From Chiloscyllium plagiosum (Eukaryota), in contig NC_057720.1 of assembly GCF_004010195.1 (NCBI RefSeq), forward strand, positions 27,094,611 through 27,158,610: a stretch of 64,000 nt of DNA, given 5' to 3'. The position numbers and the translations under genes are program-made. Shown in pieces: positions 1 to 12,689 of the stretch. The notes under the pieces were generated by a model. It was given only the letters and a program-made list of their open reading frames with translations. It did not search any database and was not told the origin of the DNA. The stretch's first letter is position 1. Each line of letters begins with the position of its first letter.

Positions 1-371
1 TTTAAAAAAATAATTACAAGCAATAAAGCCACAAGAACACCACGTTTTGTGACATGCTAAAATCTTCACTAAAGAAGAATGGAAATAGCGTCACATTTTA
101 GCCTTGGTAACAAAACTTACAGTAATTTGTTTCCTTCACATCAATAAGACACTATTTCTACAGTAGTGCTCCTGCACTGACAAATGCAATTATAAATCAC
201 ACCTTAATGTTGCTTTTGCATGTCATCAACATTATTAAATTTAATATTGTAATATTGGTTTCATATTATGATACAGTAAATGTACAGTGACAATTCAAGA
301 TTAAAGCATTTTTGGATAGTCAGTCGGAATGATGGAAGAATATGTGCTACCATTACTTCGCTGAAGTTCCT

Positions 372-902
372 GGGCAGGATTTTGTATTTTGGCTCAGGAC
401 GAAGCTGCAGCCTGTCACTGCAGGTAAGAAAGAGAGAAAGACTGTCTCCACAGGGAGGTACCCCCTTGGTAGTTTGAAAACATTTGAAGTAAAACTTGGC
501 CTCAGTTGCTAGACCACTCTTAGGAAACCCTCCTTGAGTAGTTCAAGTGACCTTCAAAGTCTCACAGAAGCACTGCACCCCTTTGTCATGTCAGCCACCA
601 GGAGTCTTCCTCCAGCCATGAGCAATGCACCCAATATCATGGCAGGCCCATAGACAAATTGCAAAATTCCCATTGGCTTCAGATCAATGGCTTTACTAGC
701 CCTTTCCCATACTTTATTTGGCTACCTGCCATTTGAAGGGATGGAATGAGAGTAACCAAATTGCTTTTCAAAAAAATGGCTTGAAGCAAGTTATTGCCAA
801 CAAATTTGCACATCAGGTGGCAATTTAAATTCACACTGCCCTTCCCTGCACCAGCACCCCCCCCCCCCCCCCACTCCCAATATTGAAGTCAATATCCTGC
901 CT
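372..902. mobile_element. Putative old non-autonomous DNA transposon (PIF/Harbinger-like MITE)
   Basis: Imperfect terminal inverted repeats GGGCAGGATTTTG (372-384) / CAATATCCTGCCT (890-902), 11/13 match. No coding capacity. TSD not conserved. Confidence 0.35.
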
Positions 903-1579
903 TTAAATCCAGAGGTTATTTTCTTTAATTATCGATAGGACATGCTATTCTAAGTCCAGAAGATTGCAAGTGAGTAAATCTCTCTGACCCTGGAAAACTA
1001 ATTTAATATCTATTTAATGTCTCAATTTCTCCCTTTGTTACAATCCAGCTGATGGTAATACTGGACAAGTCAGGATCCAAAACATAACCTGGCTTGACAG
1101 ATCATAAGTTTAATTTTTGCAGGTGGTTTCTGTGGTGAGTAATATATTCAGAAAAGGCTGTTGATGCTCCCTGATACAAGAGCACAGTTTATTACAGAAA
1201 AGAGAAAAAAAACAAAGCTGGATATACATCTGTGTCGACTTGAAAATAACAACATAAGCAGTTAAAATGCAGATTCATTCATTTTACCTAGATTATTTTC
1301 AGATACATAATCTCAAAGAAATGTCACTCGACCGTAGCTCTTTAATTTCTCACTTAATTGGTTCTTAGAGAGTCACATGTTTCTTAGAAATCAACTATTT
1401 AGTCCATCTTTCCAAATTATTTTCTAACTTCTTAAAAATAAATTACCTTCGCAGAACAGAATCAAAATTCATCTGCTTCCATTTTAAAAATACAAATTCG
1501 CAAATGATAATAATATATTGTTTACTTTTATCTTACTTTCTAAAAATATCCAAGATATTCAATAAAAATTTTTAAAGTT

Positions 1580-2490
1580 AGTTTGTAATATTGGTGGGAG
1601 GGTGAACTGTGATGAGGATGCAGAGATCCTTTATAATGATGTGGACAGGTTGGGTAAATCAATGGCAGATGCAACATAATTGGGATAAATGTGAGATTAT
1701 TCACTTTGGAAGCAAAAACAAGAAGGCAGATTACCACTTGAATGGCTGCAACTTGGGAGAGGGGAGTGTGCAGCTAGACCTTGGTGTCCTTGTGTACCTG
1801 TCGCTGAAGGGAAGCAGATCGATGCAACAGGTGATAAAGAAGGCAAATGGTATGTTGGCCTTCATTGCGAGAGGTTTCGAGTACAGGAGCAGGGATGTGT
1901 TGTTGCAGTTACACAGGGCCTTGCTGAGGCCGCACTGAGAATATTGTGAGTGGTTTTAGTCTCCTTTTCTGAGGAAGGATGCTCTTGCTCTCGAGGGAGG
2001 GCAGTGAAGTTTTACCAGGCTGATTGCAGGGATGGCGGTACTGACGTATGAGGAGAGGTTAACTAGGTTAGGATTGTTTTTGCTGGAATTCAGATGCGTG
2101 AGGGGGGATGTTGTGGATACTTAGAAAATTCGAACAGGACTAGACAGGGTAGATGCAGGAAGGATGTTCCTCATGGTGGTTGTGTCCAGAACCAGGGATC
2201 AGTCTGAGGATTCGGGGTAGACCATTTAGAATGGAGATGAGGTGACATTTCTTCACCCAAAGAGTGGTGAGCCTATGGAATTCATTACCACAAGAGGTAG
2301 TTGATGCCGAAACACTCAAGGGGCAGCGAGATATAGCACTTGAGGTGAATTGGATCAAAGGATATGGGGAGAAAGTAGGATTAGCTTATTGAGTTGGATG
2401 ATCAGCCATGACCCTGATGAATGATGGAGTAGGCTCAAAGGGCAGAATGGCCTCCTCCCACTCCAACCTTCTAAGTTTCCATGCTTTTAT
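1580..2490 (+). mobile_element. CR1 LINE, 5'-truncated, decayed ORF2 C-terminus + 3' UTR
   Basis: ORF 1609-1938 (WQMQHNWDKCEIIHFG...DLGVLV...KKANGMLAFIARGFEYRSRDVLLQLHRALLRPH) is CR1 ORF2 RT C-terminal sequence, followed by a CR1-type 3' UTR. Confidence 0.93.
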
Positions 2491-2604
2491 GTCATCTTCT
2501 AATATTTTTATACCCATTTTATACCCATTAAACATTTATCTGGTTAATTAATGTATTTCATTTCCTCTCTATGGGCATACGTCAATATAATTGGCTGCTT
2601 CTTT

Positions 2605-2765
2605 TAATTCATTCATAGGGTGAGGGCATCACAGCCTAGCCCATCCTTAATTGCTCAGAAGGCAGATGAGAGTCATTCACATTGTAGTGGGTCTGGCGTC
2701 ACATGTAGGCCAGACCAGGTACAGATGGCAATTTGCTTCCTGAAAGGACATTAGTGAACCAGGTG
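2605..2765 (-). mobile_element. tRNA-headed SINE fragment with (TGAA)n tail
   Basis: Shares gtcacatgtaggccagaccagg...aaaggacattagtgaa with 9180-9525 and 46800-46930. Confidence 0.7.
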
Positions 2766-3479
2766 GATGCTCACCCTGTTTGAAGACATCACAATTGTTT
2801 GATGTCAAAATTCCCGACAGCTATTGACAGAGTGAAATTTTATTTCAGGAATGGTGAACTTCACACTCCAGAAATCACTAGATATTATTTATGAGCATAA
2901 GCATTCAAGGTCAACAATGAGTATTATTGCTTCAGTGCTAATCATGAAATTCGAGCCAATATCCTTTTAGCAAATTAATTGGTTAATAGTCAGCCCATCT
3001 TATGTAACAAACTAAAGTCAGGAGCATGAGGATGAAAGATGAATACATATGCCAGAACATTTGATAAACTAAAAGTAACGTACACTCAGTCACCTTGAAA
3101 CCTGTTTACATTTTAATATGAATTGGTGACAGATTACTTATATCAAATGGAAAGAGCCTGATTGAAGAAACACTGATAAGCAGCATTTCTTTCACTATCT
3201 ATACAGAGTGAAAGATAAATAACAGTTTATGTCACTGCTTAATCATATATTAACATTCAAAATGATATTTGGTATATATGTTCAAGAACCAAAACCCTCT
3301 ATGTGGTCAAAAGTAATATGAAAGATCAGTGCTCATGGTTTATAGGTCATTGATGTGATTGGCTACTGATGGAAGGACCCCATAAAACTAGGAATTCATG
3401 TAATTACTAAACCGTGTGGAGGCAGTTTCTGGCTATTGATTAGTGTTGCCAGCAGGCTGCTATTTAGAGAGCACCTTTC

Positions 3480-4115
3480 AAACCCAGGACTGCTTCCATC
3501 CAAAATGACAAGGGCAGCAGATACATGAGAATACTGCAAATTCCCCTCCAAGCCACACACTATTCTGACTTGGAAATATATTGTTGATTCTTCAGTTTTG
3601 TTATGTCAACTACTTCCTTAAGGCACTGTGGGTCTACCTATAATGCACAGACTGCTTTGATTCAAGAAGGTAGCTCATGACAAGGTAGCTCTGAGGGGCA
3701 ATATAGAGATGGGCATTAAATGCTGGCCTGGTCAGCGTCACCCAGATGCCATGAATGAATATAATAAAATCACATCGAGACTTGTATCTAAGTTAAATGT
3801 TTGCTATTTATAAAGATGTTAGTGTTATTCATTTCTTCTCATGACCACTTTCATCTAGAAGGCTAAAGGCAGCAGATATATGGGAACACCACCACCATCA
3901 AGTTCTCCTCCAAGCCACTCACCATCCTGACTTGGAAATGTATCATCACTCCTTCACTGTCGCTGGATCAAAATCCTGGAATTCTACCTGTAATAACATT
4001 GTGAGTCAACCCACAGCAGGTGGACTGTAGTGGTTCAAGAAGGCAGCCAGGGATGTGGAATTAATGCTGGCCAGCCAGTGATGCCCATATCCCACAAAAT
4101 GAGTGAATAAAATAG
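3480..4115 (+). mobile_element. Two tandem 3' fragments of a CR1/L2-group LINE with (TGAA)n tail
   Basis: Two similar copies (~3480-3765, ~3850-4115) with ttcccctccaagcca..ctgacttggaaat..ttcaagaagg..aatgctggcc..tgaat. Reverse-complement homologous to the 3' end of the LINE at 44420. Confidence 0.75.
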
Positions 4116-6569
4116 ACCAACCCTGTAAATTGTTGTATGCCATCTTCTGGGATTTTTTTTGCAGTATGTGGGCATTTGGTCAGTATTTGTTGCTCATTTC
4201 TAAATGCACTTGAGAAGGTGGCAGTGAGCTATGTTACATTTTATGTCGCATTTCTAAACAGGAAACCCAGAATTCACTGCTAAGGCAACTTATTTAATAT
4301 CTATAATTTCTATTCCAACATGGAAATGTTGGTTTTCTAACAGTTTGCTTATTTAATGATTGTAGCGCAGTCAGCTTTGGTTGACAACATTAGATGTTAT
4401 TACTGAACCATATTCAAATAATACTGCTGTGCTGATGTGAGGTGGGAAGAGAGCAATCCCATTGAAAGTGATGTGATAGTTGAAATAGCTCCACAGAGGC
4501 TGGCATTGCATTGTTACGATCACTACATAGTATGTCCAGAAATGCATCCCTGTTTATGCATCAGAACTGACGAGTTTACTACAAAACTTTAAAGTGTCGA
4601 ACTCTCCCTTCCTCCATAATGTCACAATGAGATTGAACATGGCCAGGAAACACCAACAACTGGTATGTCCTAGAACTGACAGAAAAGGTAAACATCTGAA
4701 AGACTCGTAAAATGGGTCATAAGTGTAGATGCCATATTTCTTTTCAAAATAAGCTTCTTAAGGAACGATGTGATAATAACAGGTTTTCAAGAGCATTTGA
4801 GTGGTCAGAAACCCAGAGGTGTCGAGGGAGAAAGATTAGTAATGCAAACTTTCACAGAAAAACAATTATATTGTTAAAAAATTATTAAATATGTTGCATA
4901 GTCTAGATTATGTATGAAAACAAACACTTCACAGTCATTTTATGTCAAAAGCCTACATAAATAAATTTGCAATATTATGGAGAGCTTAAGACACTGGTTA
5001 AGGAGAGCTGTCAATAAAAATGAAAAATGTAAACAAAATGTCAGAGAGAAAATATGAAATTTTGAAGAATTATTAAAAAATGTTATGACTGTTCTTGTAA
5101 ATGATTTTTTAAAAATACTTGCTTGGCCAAACAACCAGGATTCTAAAGTTTAATGGTTGATTGAACTGAAAATTTTGCATTCTGTCTGCTAACAGCCTAA
5201 CAAATGAGTGAGAAGACAAATGCACCTTAACCAGTCAACTGGCAGGTAATTCACAAACTCGGGTAATCAGCTGACACTTAACAACATTATACAACAGAAA
5301 GGAGTGATTCAAGGGAAATTAAGAACCAAGATTTTTTCAATTGCCTTTCAAATTGGGGCAATAAATTGAATAAAAAGCTGGGGATAGGACCTCACTAAAA
5401 TTGAAATTGCCTCTTCCATTCCCCCTTAAGGCTCATCTCAATTACTGTAATTAATTGGAAATAAATTGACACGGAAATCCTAAATATATATCTGATCCCA
5501 AACCTCATGCCCCACCCCCCAGACAGCCACCCACACTCCCCTGTGCAAGTGGAAGTATGTACAACACACGAGGCAGATGAACCACTGAAAATACCATTTT
5601 GCATGTTGCATCTGTTTCTTTACTTGTGTTCAATCTCAGTTGGCGCAGTGAGAGGAGTCAAATCTTCAACTGCAAACTTCAATTCATTCTCCAAGAGGTA
5701 CAGTTGTGGATTAGGAACAGTACATTCCCAAACAGTTCCCTCATTTCTTATATCTTGAAGACGAGATGAGATAGTTATGGAAGAGGTGGGATGAGATAGA
5801 GAGGTATCACAAATCTTGTTTCTCTTCTATATGTAAACAAACACCCAACTGAGTTTACAGGCCAAAAAGCCTTACTTAGATTACTCTTTATGTCACTGCT
5901 CTCAGTAAGTTACTGGGAAGGTATGCTAGCTGTTACTCCATATTCCACAGTCCACTATTAACAAAAAAAGATCGTCAATCTGAACCAAAATCAACAGTGT
6001 CTCAAATGTATTTGCAAATGGATCTTTCCAAGCATTATTTAGTGACCTTTGTCACATTAATGAGACAGTGAAGATCATTGATGTTCTCTTTAGGTAGATC
6101 ACTTTATTTGACTAGTTCTACTGCAAGTTCGGTTGAATTCTACTTCTTCTTTATCTTCTAGCTTCTTGCAGTTTTTTTTGGGATCACCACAATGCTGCTT
6201 GTTTACCTTCTCTTGTTATCTGTCAAGTTTCTACTTCCAACCCACAGCATTTACATCTCTCATCATCTTATCATCGGTCTTACACCTTCTTATTCTCTTT
6301 TTTTCAGGCAATCCACCCCATTTCCATCACTTGCTTCATCACATTACTTCTCTTTCCCTGCAACAAATGACTGTACTATTTTCAATCTCTTCTTGACTAG
6401 CTTCCTCACTGCTCCCACACTCTTCACTGACCCTTTGATATGCTAATTCCTGGTTTTGAATTTCTCATTTCTCCGTACATGCATCTCAAAACCCAATCTC
6501 ATTAGTATCTAGACAGTGTGAAATTTTGCAAACAGGCAAACGGGAAAGAAATTTTAAAAATGAAAGAAA

Positions 6570-6995
6570 GAGAAAGATGTATTTATATTGTGCCTTCATA
6601 AGCTCAGAACACTCAAAACACTTTACAGCCAATTAAATAATTTTCTTGCTCGTCTTTCTTGTAATGTAAGGAAACACAGTAGCCAATTTGTGCACTGCTA
6701 GGTGCCAAAGCAGCAATTAAATAAATTATCATAACATTTGTTTTAGGTGTTGCTTTAGGGATAAATACTGGCAGGAAAAGAAGAGAACTCACTTACTGTT
6801 CATTGAATAGTGTGCAATCACATCTCTTATATTCAACTGAGGAAACAAAACGGCCTCAGTTTAGCACCTCTTTTGAAAGACGGACCTCCAATAACACAGC
6901 ACTCTTTCAGTGGAGTGTCTGTCTAGACTATAAATCAAAATCTTAGCCTGAACCCACAGTCTCTGGCTCCAGCGAGTGTGCTAACATTGATGCAG
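6570..6995 (-). mobile_element. Old tRNA-derived SINE (Deu-domain/SacSINE1-like)
   Basis: Minus strand reads tRNA-like head (gtgggttcagg), then gtgctgtgttattggaggtccgtctttcaaaagaggtgctaaactgaggccg, ending in ..aaggcacaatataaatac. Related fragments at 23400-23710, 38640-38810 and 53130-53230. Confidence 0.6.
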
Positions 6996-7159
6996 CACTG
7001 ATGCTATAAGTAATGGGGCACTCAACATCACCTCTGAGAAAAGGAATATCATTCAATTCAAATGCAACTAGTTTTTATGTCAGTGACTTTTTGTGTCAGT
7101 CACTACACATTAACGCTTGCAATTTAGGAAACCATTGTGACATTTTCAACATATGTCAA

Positions 7160-7558
7160 GTTCATGAATAGGAAAGGTTTGGAGGAATTTGAGTCAGGAG
7201 CAGGCAAGTGGGACTAGTTTAGTTTGGGATTATGAGCATCTGATCAGCAGGAAAGTCAACATTTCGGGCAAAAGTACTTCACCAGGAATGACGGCAGGGA
7301 GCCTCCAGGGTCCCATTTATCTCTCCACCCGAGAAGCTCCCTGCCTTCATGCCTGATGAAGGGATTTTGTCTCATACATCGATTTTCCTGCTCCTCAGAT
7401 GCTGCCTGACCTGCTGTGCTTTTCCAGCACCACTCTCATCTAGACTCTAATCTCCAGCATCTGCAGTCCTCACTTTTGCCTCGTTTGGGACTATGTTTGG
7501 CATGGACTGATTGGACCAAGGGCCTGTTTCTATGCTGTATGATCTCTCTGACTTTATA
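7160..7558 (+). mobile_element. CR1/HER1-type 3' tail interrupted by a PLE fragment
   Basis: gaataggaaaggtttggagg...gggcctgtttctatgctgtatgatctctctgact matches the other CR1 tails in the window. Split at 7235-7482. Confidence 0.85.
7235..7482. mobile_element. Short Penelope-like (pLTR) insert, inverted two-part structure
   Basis: Flanked by 13-bp TSD gtttgggattatg (7222-7234) / gtttgggactatg (7483-7495). Contains gatgctgcctgacctgctgtgcttttccagcac, shared with PLE termini at 56381 and 57780. Decayed hammerhead cores. Confidence 0.8.
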
Positions 7559-7594
7559 ACCCCAGTAATTTAAACCTACCTAATTTAAACCTAC

Positions 7595-7759
7595 TGGTCT
7601 GGTGTCATGACCTCCGCCATCAGTTCTAGGAGAAGAAGACATCCTGACTCTGTATCACCACCTCCAGCAGGACCTCCAGGTCCCTGCCTCCCTGTCTCCC
7701 CGTCTGGGGCAAACGGAAGGAAATGTACAGGGCAGCTCTGGCCTAACATTGCTTGTTTA
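7595..7759 (-). repeat. 165-bp inverted copy of 10368-10532
   Basis: Direct comparison: about 6 mismatches in 165 bp against the reverse complement of 10368-10532. Confidence 0.97.
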
Positions 7760-8249
7760 TTAACTATTCTGCCTTTCAGCATCTTCCACACACTGATCCT
7801 ACACTGAGCCCCAGTTATATCTACCCAGTCAAGTAATTAATCAATAAACCCAATCAGCTGCTCAACAATTTATTATATTAACAGATTCCTCTCTCCACTT
7901 TAACGAAAACATTTGAAGATATACAAACAATTACTGAAAAAGGACAAATGAAGTTAAAAAAAATAATTGTTTCTATATTGTTATTACTTTATAATACAAC
8001 TGAACAGTAACCTTTTTTTCATTTTCAATGCAATACAATCAACTTTCATATTCCTGTTCCTTTTCCTTTAAATCGAAACAAAAATAGCATGCTTAATCAC
8101 AAAGCTGATTTTTTTCATGTTCTTAAAAAACACCTAATACAACCAAGCATCACTGTTTGATGATCTTCAATAATGATTTTAGCAAGTACTATTAGTTGTG
8201 ATCCAATTCAAAACTGGTGACTTCTGTGAATTCACTTTATTTTGGAAAT

Positions 8250-9170
8250 CACTTTTGTTCTTACATTGCCTTTATGTTGGCAACATCAATCCTCAACCTT
8301 TACTCAGCAGTTCCCTTTGTCAATTTTTTATTGTCCCAAAGAGAAGAGTTATCCACATAATATGCCATGGGCAAATATTTCTCATATTTCCGTTTAGATA
8401 GGATTTCTTTTAGATTATTGGATAAATACACTCCTATATTTATAGCTTTAACTGGTGGCAAAGTTTCAGCAACAAAGGTAGTTTTAACAATGCTTTTTAT
8501 TTTCTTGGCTTTCCAGCCCAATGTACAATATCGATTCTTCTTTCCTATAAGAATATGCTAAACCCTGCCATTCACAAAAAGTCATCATGTGAAACATCAC
8601 TAAAAATATTACTTTGATATCTCCAGGTCACCCAAGGCTGGAAACTTGACTGTGCATTTGTATGAAATTAATTTCTTTAATGGGTTTTTTTTCTCAAGTC
8701 TTCGTCAATATTGGTATGGTTCTTCATAATAATCAGTCCCCAATACCTCATCTCTATTCTAGTGCACAACAGTTTAACTGTCCAATCAAACTTCTTAACT
8801 GATCTGTTTCTTTCCTGAATGCAAATTTGTATTTCTGGGAGGACCAAGCTCAAGTTATCAGGCTGTGATTAACAGTTCCAAACAATGCTATTGACTGGAA
8901 TCATTTCTGACTTATTCTGCTTCATGCTACATGTTCAAGGACCCTATTTGTTTAATGACCCATAGCCTGGCTTAAATTCTCTTTTTCTTTTATCTATCCT
9001 GTATTACTCAAATTACAGAAAATCATTGTGGGCATCACAAACTACCTGTAAGTACCTCTTTGAGATCTTGGTAAAACATTGCTAGGTCTGCTTTAAGCTG
9101 AATGCAACCTACATTAGTCAAAACAAACCTGAGAAATCCCATGTTTTTTCTGCATTATAAAGAAACTTCT
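8250..9170 (-). mobile_element. Decayed Ty1/Copia LTR retrotransposon pol (RT-RNase H)
   Basis: Minus-strand pieces in Copia order: GCIQLKADLAMFY (~9110-9070), ETDQLRSLIGQLN (~8810-8773), LGWKAKKIKSIVKTTFVAETL...YVDNSSLWDN...RLRIDVANIK (8521-8270). These resemble Copia RT C-terminus and RNase H motifs (WxSKKxKRVVxSTxxAE, YxDNxS, RIDI). Confidence 0.8.
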
Positions 9171-9179
9171 TAGGAAACA

Positions 9180-9525
9180 TCACAGGATGAGGGCTTCTCT
9201 GGCTAAGCCAGCATTTATTGTCCATTCCGAATTGCCCAGAGGGCAGTTAAGTGTCAACCACATTGCTATGGCTCCGGAGTCACATGTCGACCAGACCAGG
9301 TAAGCACAGCAGTTTCCTTCCTTAAAGGACATTAGTGAATCTGATGGCTTTTTTTCTGACAATCCACAATGAATTCATGGCTATCATTAGATTCTTAATT
9401 CCAGGATTTTAATGAATTTAAATTCCACCATTTGCCTTGGAAGAATTCAAGCCTGGGTCCCCAGAATACGACCTGGGTCTCTGAATTAACAGTTTGGAGA
9501 TTAATACCACTAGACCATTCCTCTC
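9180..9525 (-). mobile_element. tRNA-derived SINE (full length) with LINE-derived tail
   Basis: Minus strand starts ggagaggaatggtctagtggta (A-box-like) ... ggcttgaattc (B-box-like), ends gggcaatt..aataaatgctggcttagccag like the (TGAA)n-tailed LINE. Confidence 0.75.
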
Positions 9526-9685
9526 CTTGCTTAATTTCCATAGGTTCCCTTGGTATTGATTTCTCCTGGTGATTTCAAATATACTTCACTCTGAAACTTT
9601 TCCACCTGGAAAAATGAAACTTTTATAACATTTGACTTACATTCCTATGTGTGTGTTGCTAAGAGAGTTGAGAAGATCTTCAATA

Positions 9686-9960
9686 TGCACATTCTCCCCA
9701 TGTCTACGTGGGTTTCCTCCGGGTGCTCCCTCAGGGTGCTCCAGTTTCCTCCCACAATCCAAAGATGTGCAGATTTAGGTGAATTGGCCATGCTAAATTG
9801 CCCACAGTGTTCAGGGATGTGTAGGCTAGGTGCATTAATTGGGGGTAAATATAGGATAATAGGGTAAGGGAATGGGTCTGGGTGGGTTACTCTTTGGAGG
9901 GCCAATGTGGACTTGTTGAGTCGAAGGGCCTGTTTCCACACTGTAGGGATTCTACGATTC
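9686..9960 (+). mobile_element. HE1-like shark SINE, 5'-truncated
   Basis: tgcacattctcccc..gtgggtttcctccgggtgctcc..cctcccacaatccaaagatgtg..gaagggcctgtttccacactgtagggattcta. Homologous to 41115-41460 and 23762-24075. Confidence 0.85.
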
Positions 9961-10213
9961 AAGATCACTTTTCCTGCGATGGAGAGTCCAGCATCTTGAT
10001 CACCAAGGGCTTTTGTTGAGGGGAAGTGTCAGTTTCATTGAGTTTTTTGGAGGGTTTATCACTGCACGACTTAGCAAGATTTAACACCAAATATTAGCAA
10101 TCTTGGCTCGATAACTATTACCCTATTCCTACGGCATCACTCTTGCCCAATTATTGGCACATCTTACCACAAGCCACTGCCAGAACAACTTGTCGCTGCC
10201 AGGATATCCTGGA

Positions 10214-10308
10214 CCAAAACAAACACAAAAATTGTCAGAAAATCTCAGCAGCATCTGAGGAGAGAAATCACAGTTAATGCTTTGGGTCCAGTGACCCTTC
10301 TTCAGAAT
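10214..10308 (-). mobile_element. 95-bp PLE-terminal insert with perfect 12-bp TSD
   Basis: TSD ggatatcctgga at 10202-10213 and 10309-10320. Minus strand begins attCTGAAGA-A-GGGTC-actg-GACCC (decayed hammerhead). Confidence 0.8.
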
Positions 10309-10399
10309 GGATATCCTGGAACTTGACCAGCATCTCTGGCACTGACACAATAAAAATATTGTGCACCTAGACAAGCAATGTTAGGCCAGAGCTGCCCTG

Positions 10400-10645
10400 T
10401 ACATTTCCTTCCGTTTGCCCCAGACAGGGAGACAGGGAGGCAGGGACCTGGAGGTCCTGCTGGAAGTGGTGATACAGAGACAGGATGTCCTCTTCTCCTA
10501 GAACTGACGGCGGAGGTCATGACACCAGACCATGCCAGCAGCCTGGTCCAAAGTTCCCACACCAGTCATTGCACTCTCAGCTATCTGAAGGAGTGCCCAA
10601 CAATGTAAGAAGGTCAATGATATTCTCCACTTTGCCAATGTCAGT
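10400..10645 (+). pseudogene. PIF/Harbinger-type Myb/SANT-like DNA-binding ORF relic
   Basis: Frame from ~10439: GRDLEVLLEVVIQRQDVLFS*N*RRRS*HQTMPAAWSKVPTPVIALSAI*RSAQQCKKVNDIL. Matches the Myb/SANT-like pattern (LE.LL..V..R..VLF ... W..V ... R...QC.KK.NDL) of Harbinger accessory proteins. Multiple stops. Confidence 0.7.
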
Positions 10646-10751
10646 GCCACTATTTTCTGTCCAAAGCCTCACACTCATTCTATGTCTGCTACCTAGCCTA
10701 CCTCTCACCAATGTTCACGCTTTACCACTCTCACTATTCTCTGCAACATAT

Positions 10752-11372
10752 TAGAGTCATAGATATGTACAACACAGAAACAGACCCTTTGGTCCAACCT
10801 GTCCATGCCAACCAGATATCCCAAACCAATCTAGTCCCACCTGCCAGCACCCGGCCCATATCCCTCCAAACCCTTCCTATTCAAATACCCATCCAGATGC
10901 CTTTTAAATGTTGCAATTGTACTAATCTCCACCACTTCCTCTGGCAGCTCATTCCATACAGATATCACCCTCTGCATGAAAAAGTTGCCCCTTAGGTCTC
11001 CTTTATATCTTACCGCTCTCACCCTAAACCTATACTCTCTAGTTCTAGACTCCCCCACCCCAGGGAAAAGACTATGTCTATTTATCCTATCCATGCCCCT
11101 CATGATTTTATAAACCTCTATAAGGTCACCCCTCAGCCTCCAACGCTCCGGGAAAACAGCCCCAGCCTGTTTAGCCTCTCCCTATACCTCAAATCCTCCA
11201 ACCCTGGCAATATTTTTGTAAATCTTTTCTGAACCCTTTCAAGTTTCAATCTTTCCAACAGGAAGGTGACCAGAACTGCACACAATGTTCCAACTGTGGC
11301 CTAACCAATGTCCTGTACAGCTGCAACATGACCTCTCACCTCCTATACTCAATACTCTGACCAATAAAGGCC
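10752..11372 (-). mobile_element. CR1 LINE 3' fragment
   Basis: ORF 10831-11103 (ESRTREYRFRVRAVRY..RGNFFMQRVISVWNELPEEVVE) plus CR1 tail. Confidence 0.93.
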
Positions 11373-12689
11373 TTCATCATTTAAAATTAGAGCACATAAG
11401 TATTCCAGTGTGGTATAACCAAGACTCTAAAGATAAACATACTGTATTCACAGGGTATGAGTGTAACAGTACACCTTATTTAAAAGTCAAACTCCTGACT
11501 ATTAGCCAGAAACTCCAACCCTCATACTTGCTACCTGCTCACTTCTGGAGTCAACCTCACCTTCCTTTTGGTGGCAGCAGTTGTCAGGAGCAGTTTTCAA
11601 TATGATAACTAAGATCATGAGATGTTGGGACAGAATGGATTTCAACTTCTTAAAAACATTACTTGTGTAAAAGTCAAGCTGTTTGGCATTTTGATAAAGA
11701 AAACTGTCAAGTAAACCTGGCCCTTAACCGCTTTCACTCACTGGAACTTCTGACTTGCTTACTCAGGACATCTTAACATCTGCACCAAAAGTGGCAGCAC
11801 TTCCATCTCCTTTAATACCTGCCTCTCTCTTTTATTCTAGAAGCTTATAAGGAATATAGACCCAAGCCCATTCTACTTACGGTTTCCACGGAGGTGAATG
11901 TCTCTGAGCTGGCAGAGGATGCAGATGAACGCCTTGCCAGTGCATTCTCTGACGTTTCACAGGCTGCCTACCCAGAGGGGCCTTACCACAAAGGAACTCA
12001 GATTGATTACTCTTCCTCATTGAGGATTCCTGTGTATTACCAGTACTCCCAGAACAGAAGAGAAAGGACTAATTGGTGAAAATTGAGAGAAGATAAAGAG
12101 TAATGTCTTGTAATTAGTGAGCATCTGACAGGAGCAGGGCACGCTTCAGTCCTGTTTGTGGCTCCTAACACCACAAAACTACAAGCAAATTAATAAAAAA
12201 CAAGAGTAGGCCATTCAGTCCTTCAAGCCTGCTCTGTTATTCAATTGGTGATCTGATTTTAACTTAAAGTTTACAGTCCTGCATATCTTTGCAAATCTTT
12301 CATCTGCTTGGCAATTGTCCTAGTGTTCTCCAGCCAACTTGACAACCTTTCCTCAAATGGTGGGAAGAGCTTGCTGTCCAGCATCGTCCCTCCCACTCCA
12401 ATAACGGTGGTATTGGCCCACTCCACTATGAGCTATCGGGAAAAATTGAGTGTGATGAGAAGATGAGTTTGTGGGCATGCACCCAGCGATGAGGTGTGCT
12501 CATTGACTGCGAAAAGAGGTGCAGAGGACAGAAAGGTTAGTAGTTTGAGAGGATGAGGTGAGTGAATGTATACTATGCTTGTGATGCTGAGGTTTGTATA
12601 CCTATGAGGTCTTGTAAGATGCGTTTTCAGTGGCAGAGTAAGACTAAGCAATGGCCCTGGGAGTATGAGATGCAAAGTCAAGATGGTTG

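Noticed and set aside
7591..7807. Collagen-like PPAGPPGP / GPGGPAG ORFs (also 10302-10608)
   Set aside because: Alternative frames of the Harbinger Myb relic; no sustained Gly-X-Y repeat.
7595..10532. Intact DNA transposon with 165-bp TIRs enclosing a transposase
   Set aside because: No TSD. The right arm is internal to a colinear Myb relic, and the interior is Copia plus SINEs, not a transposase.
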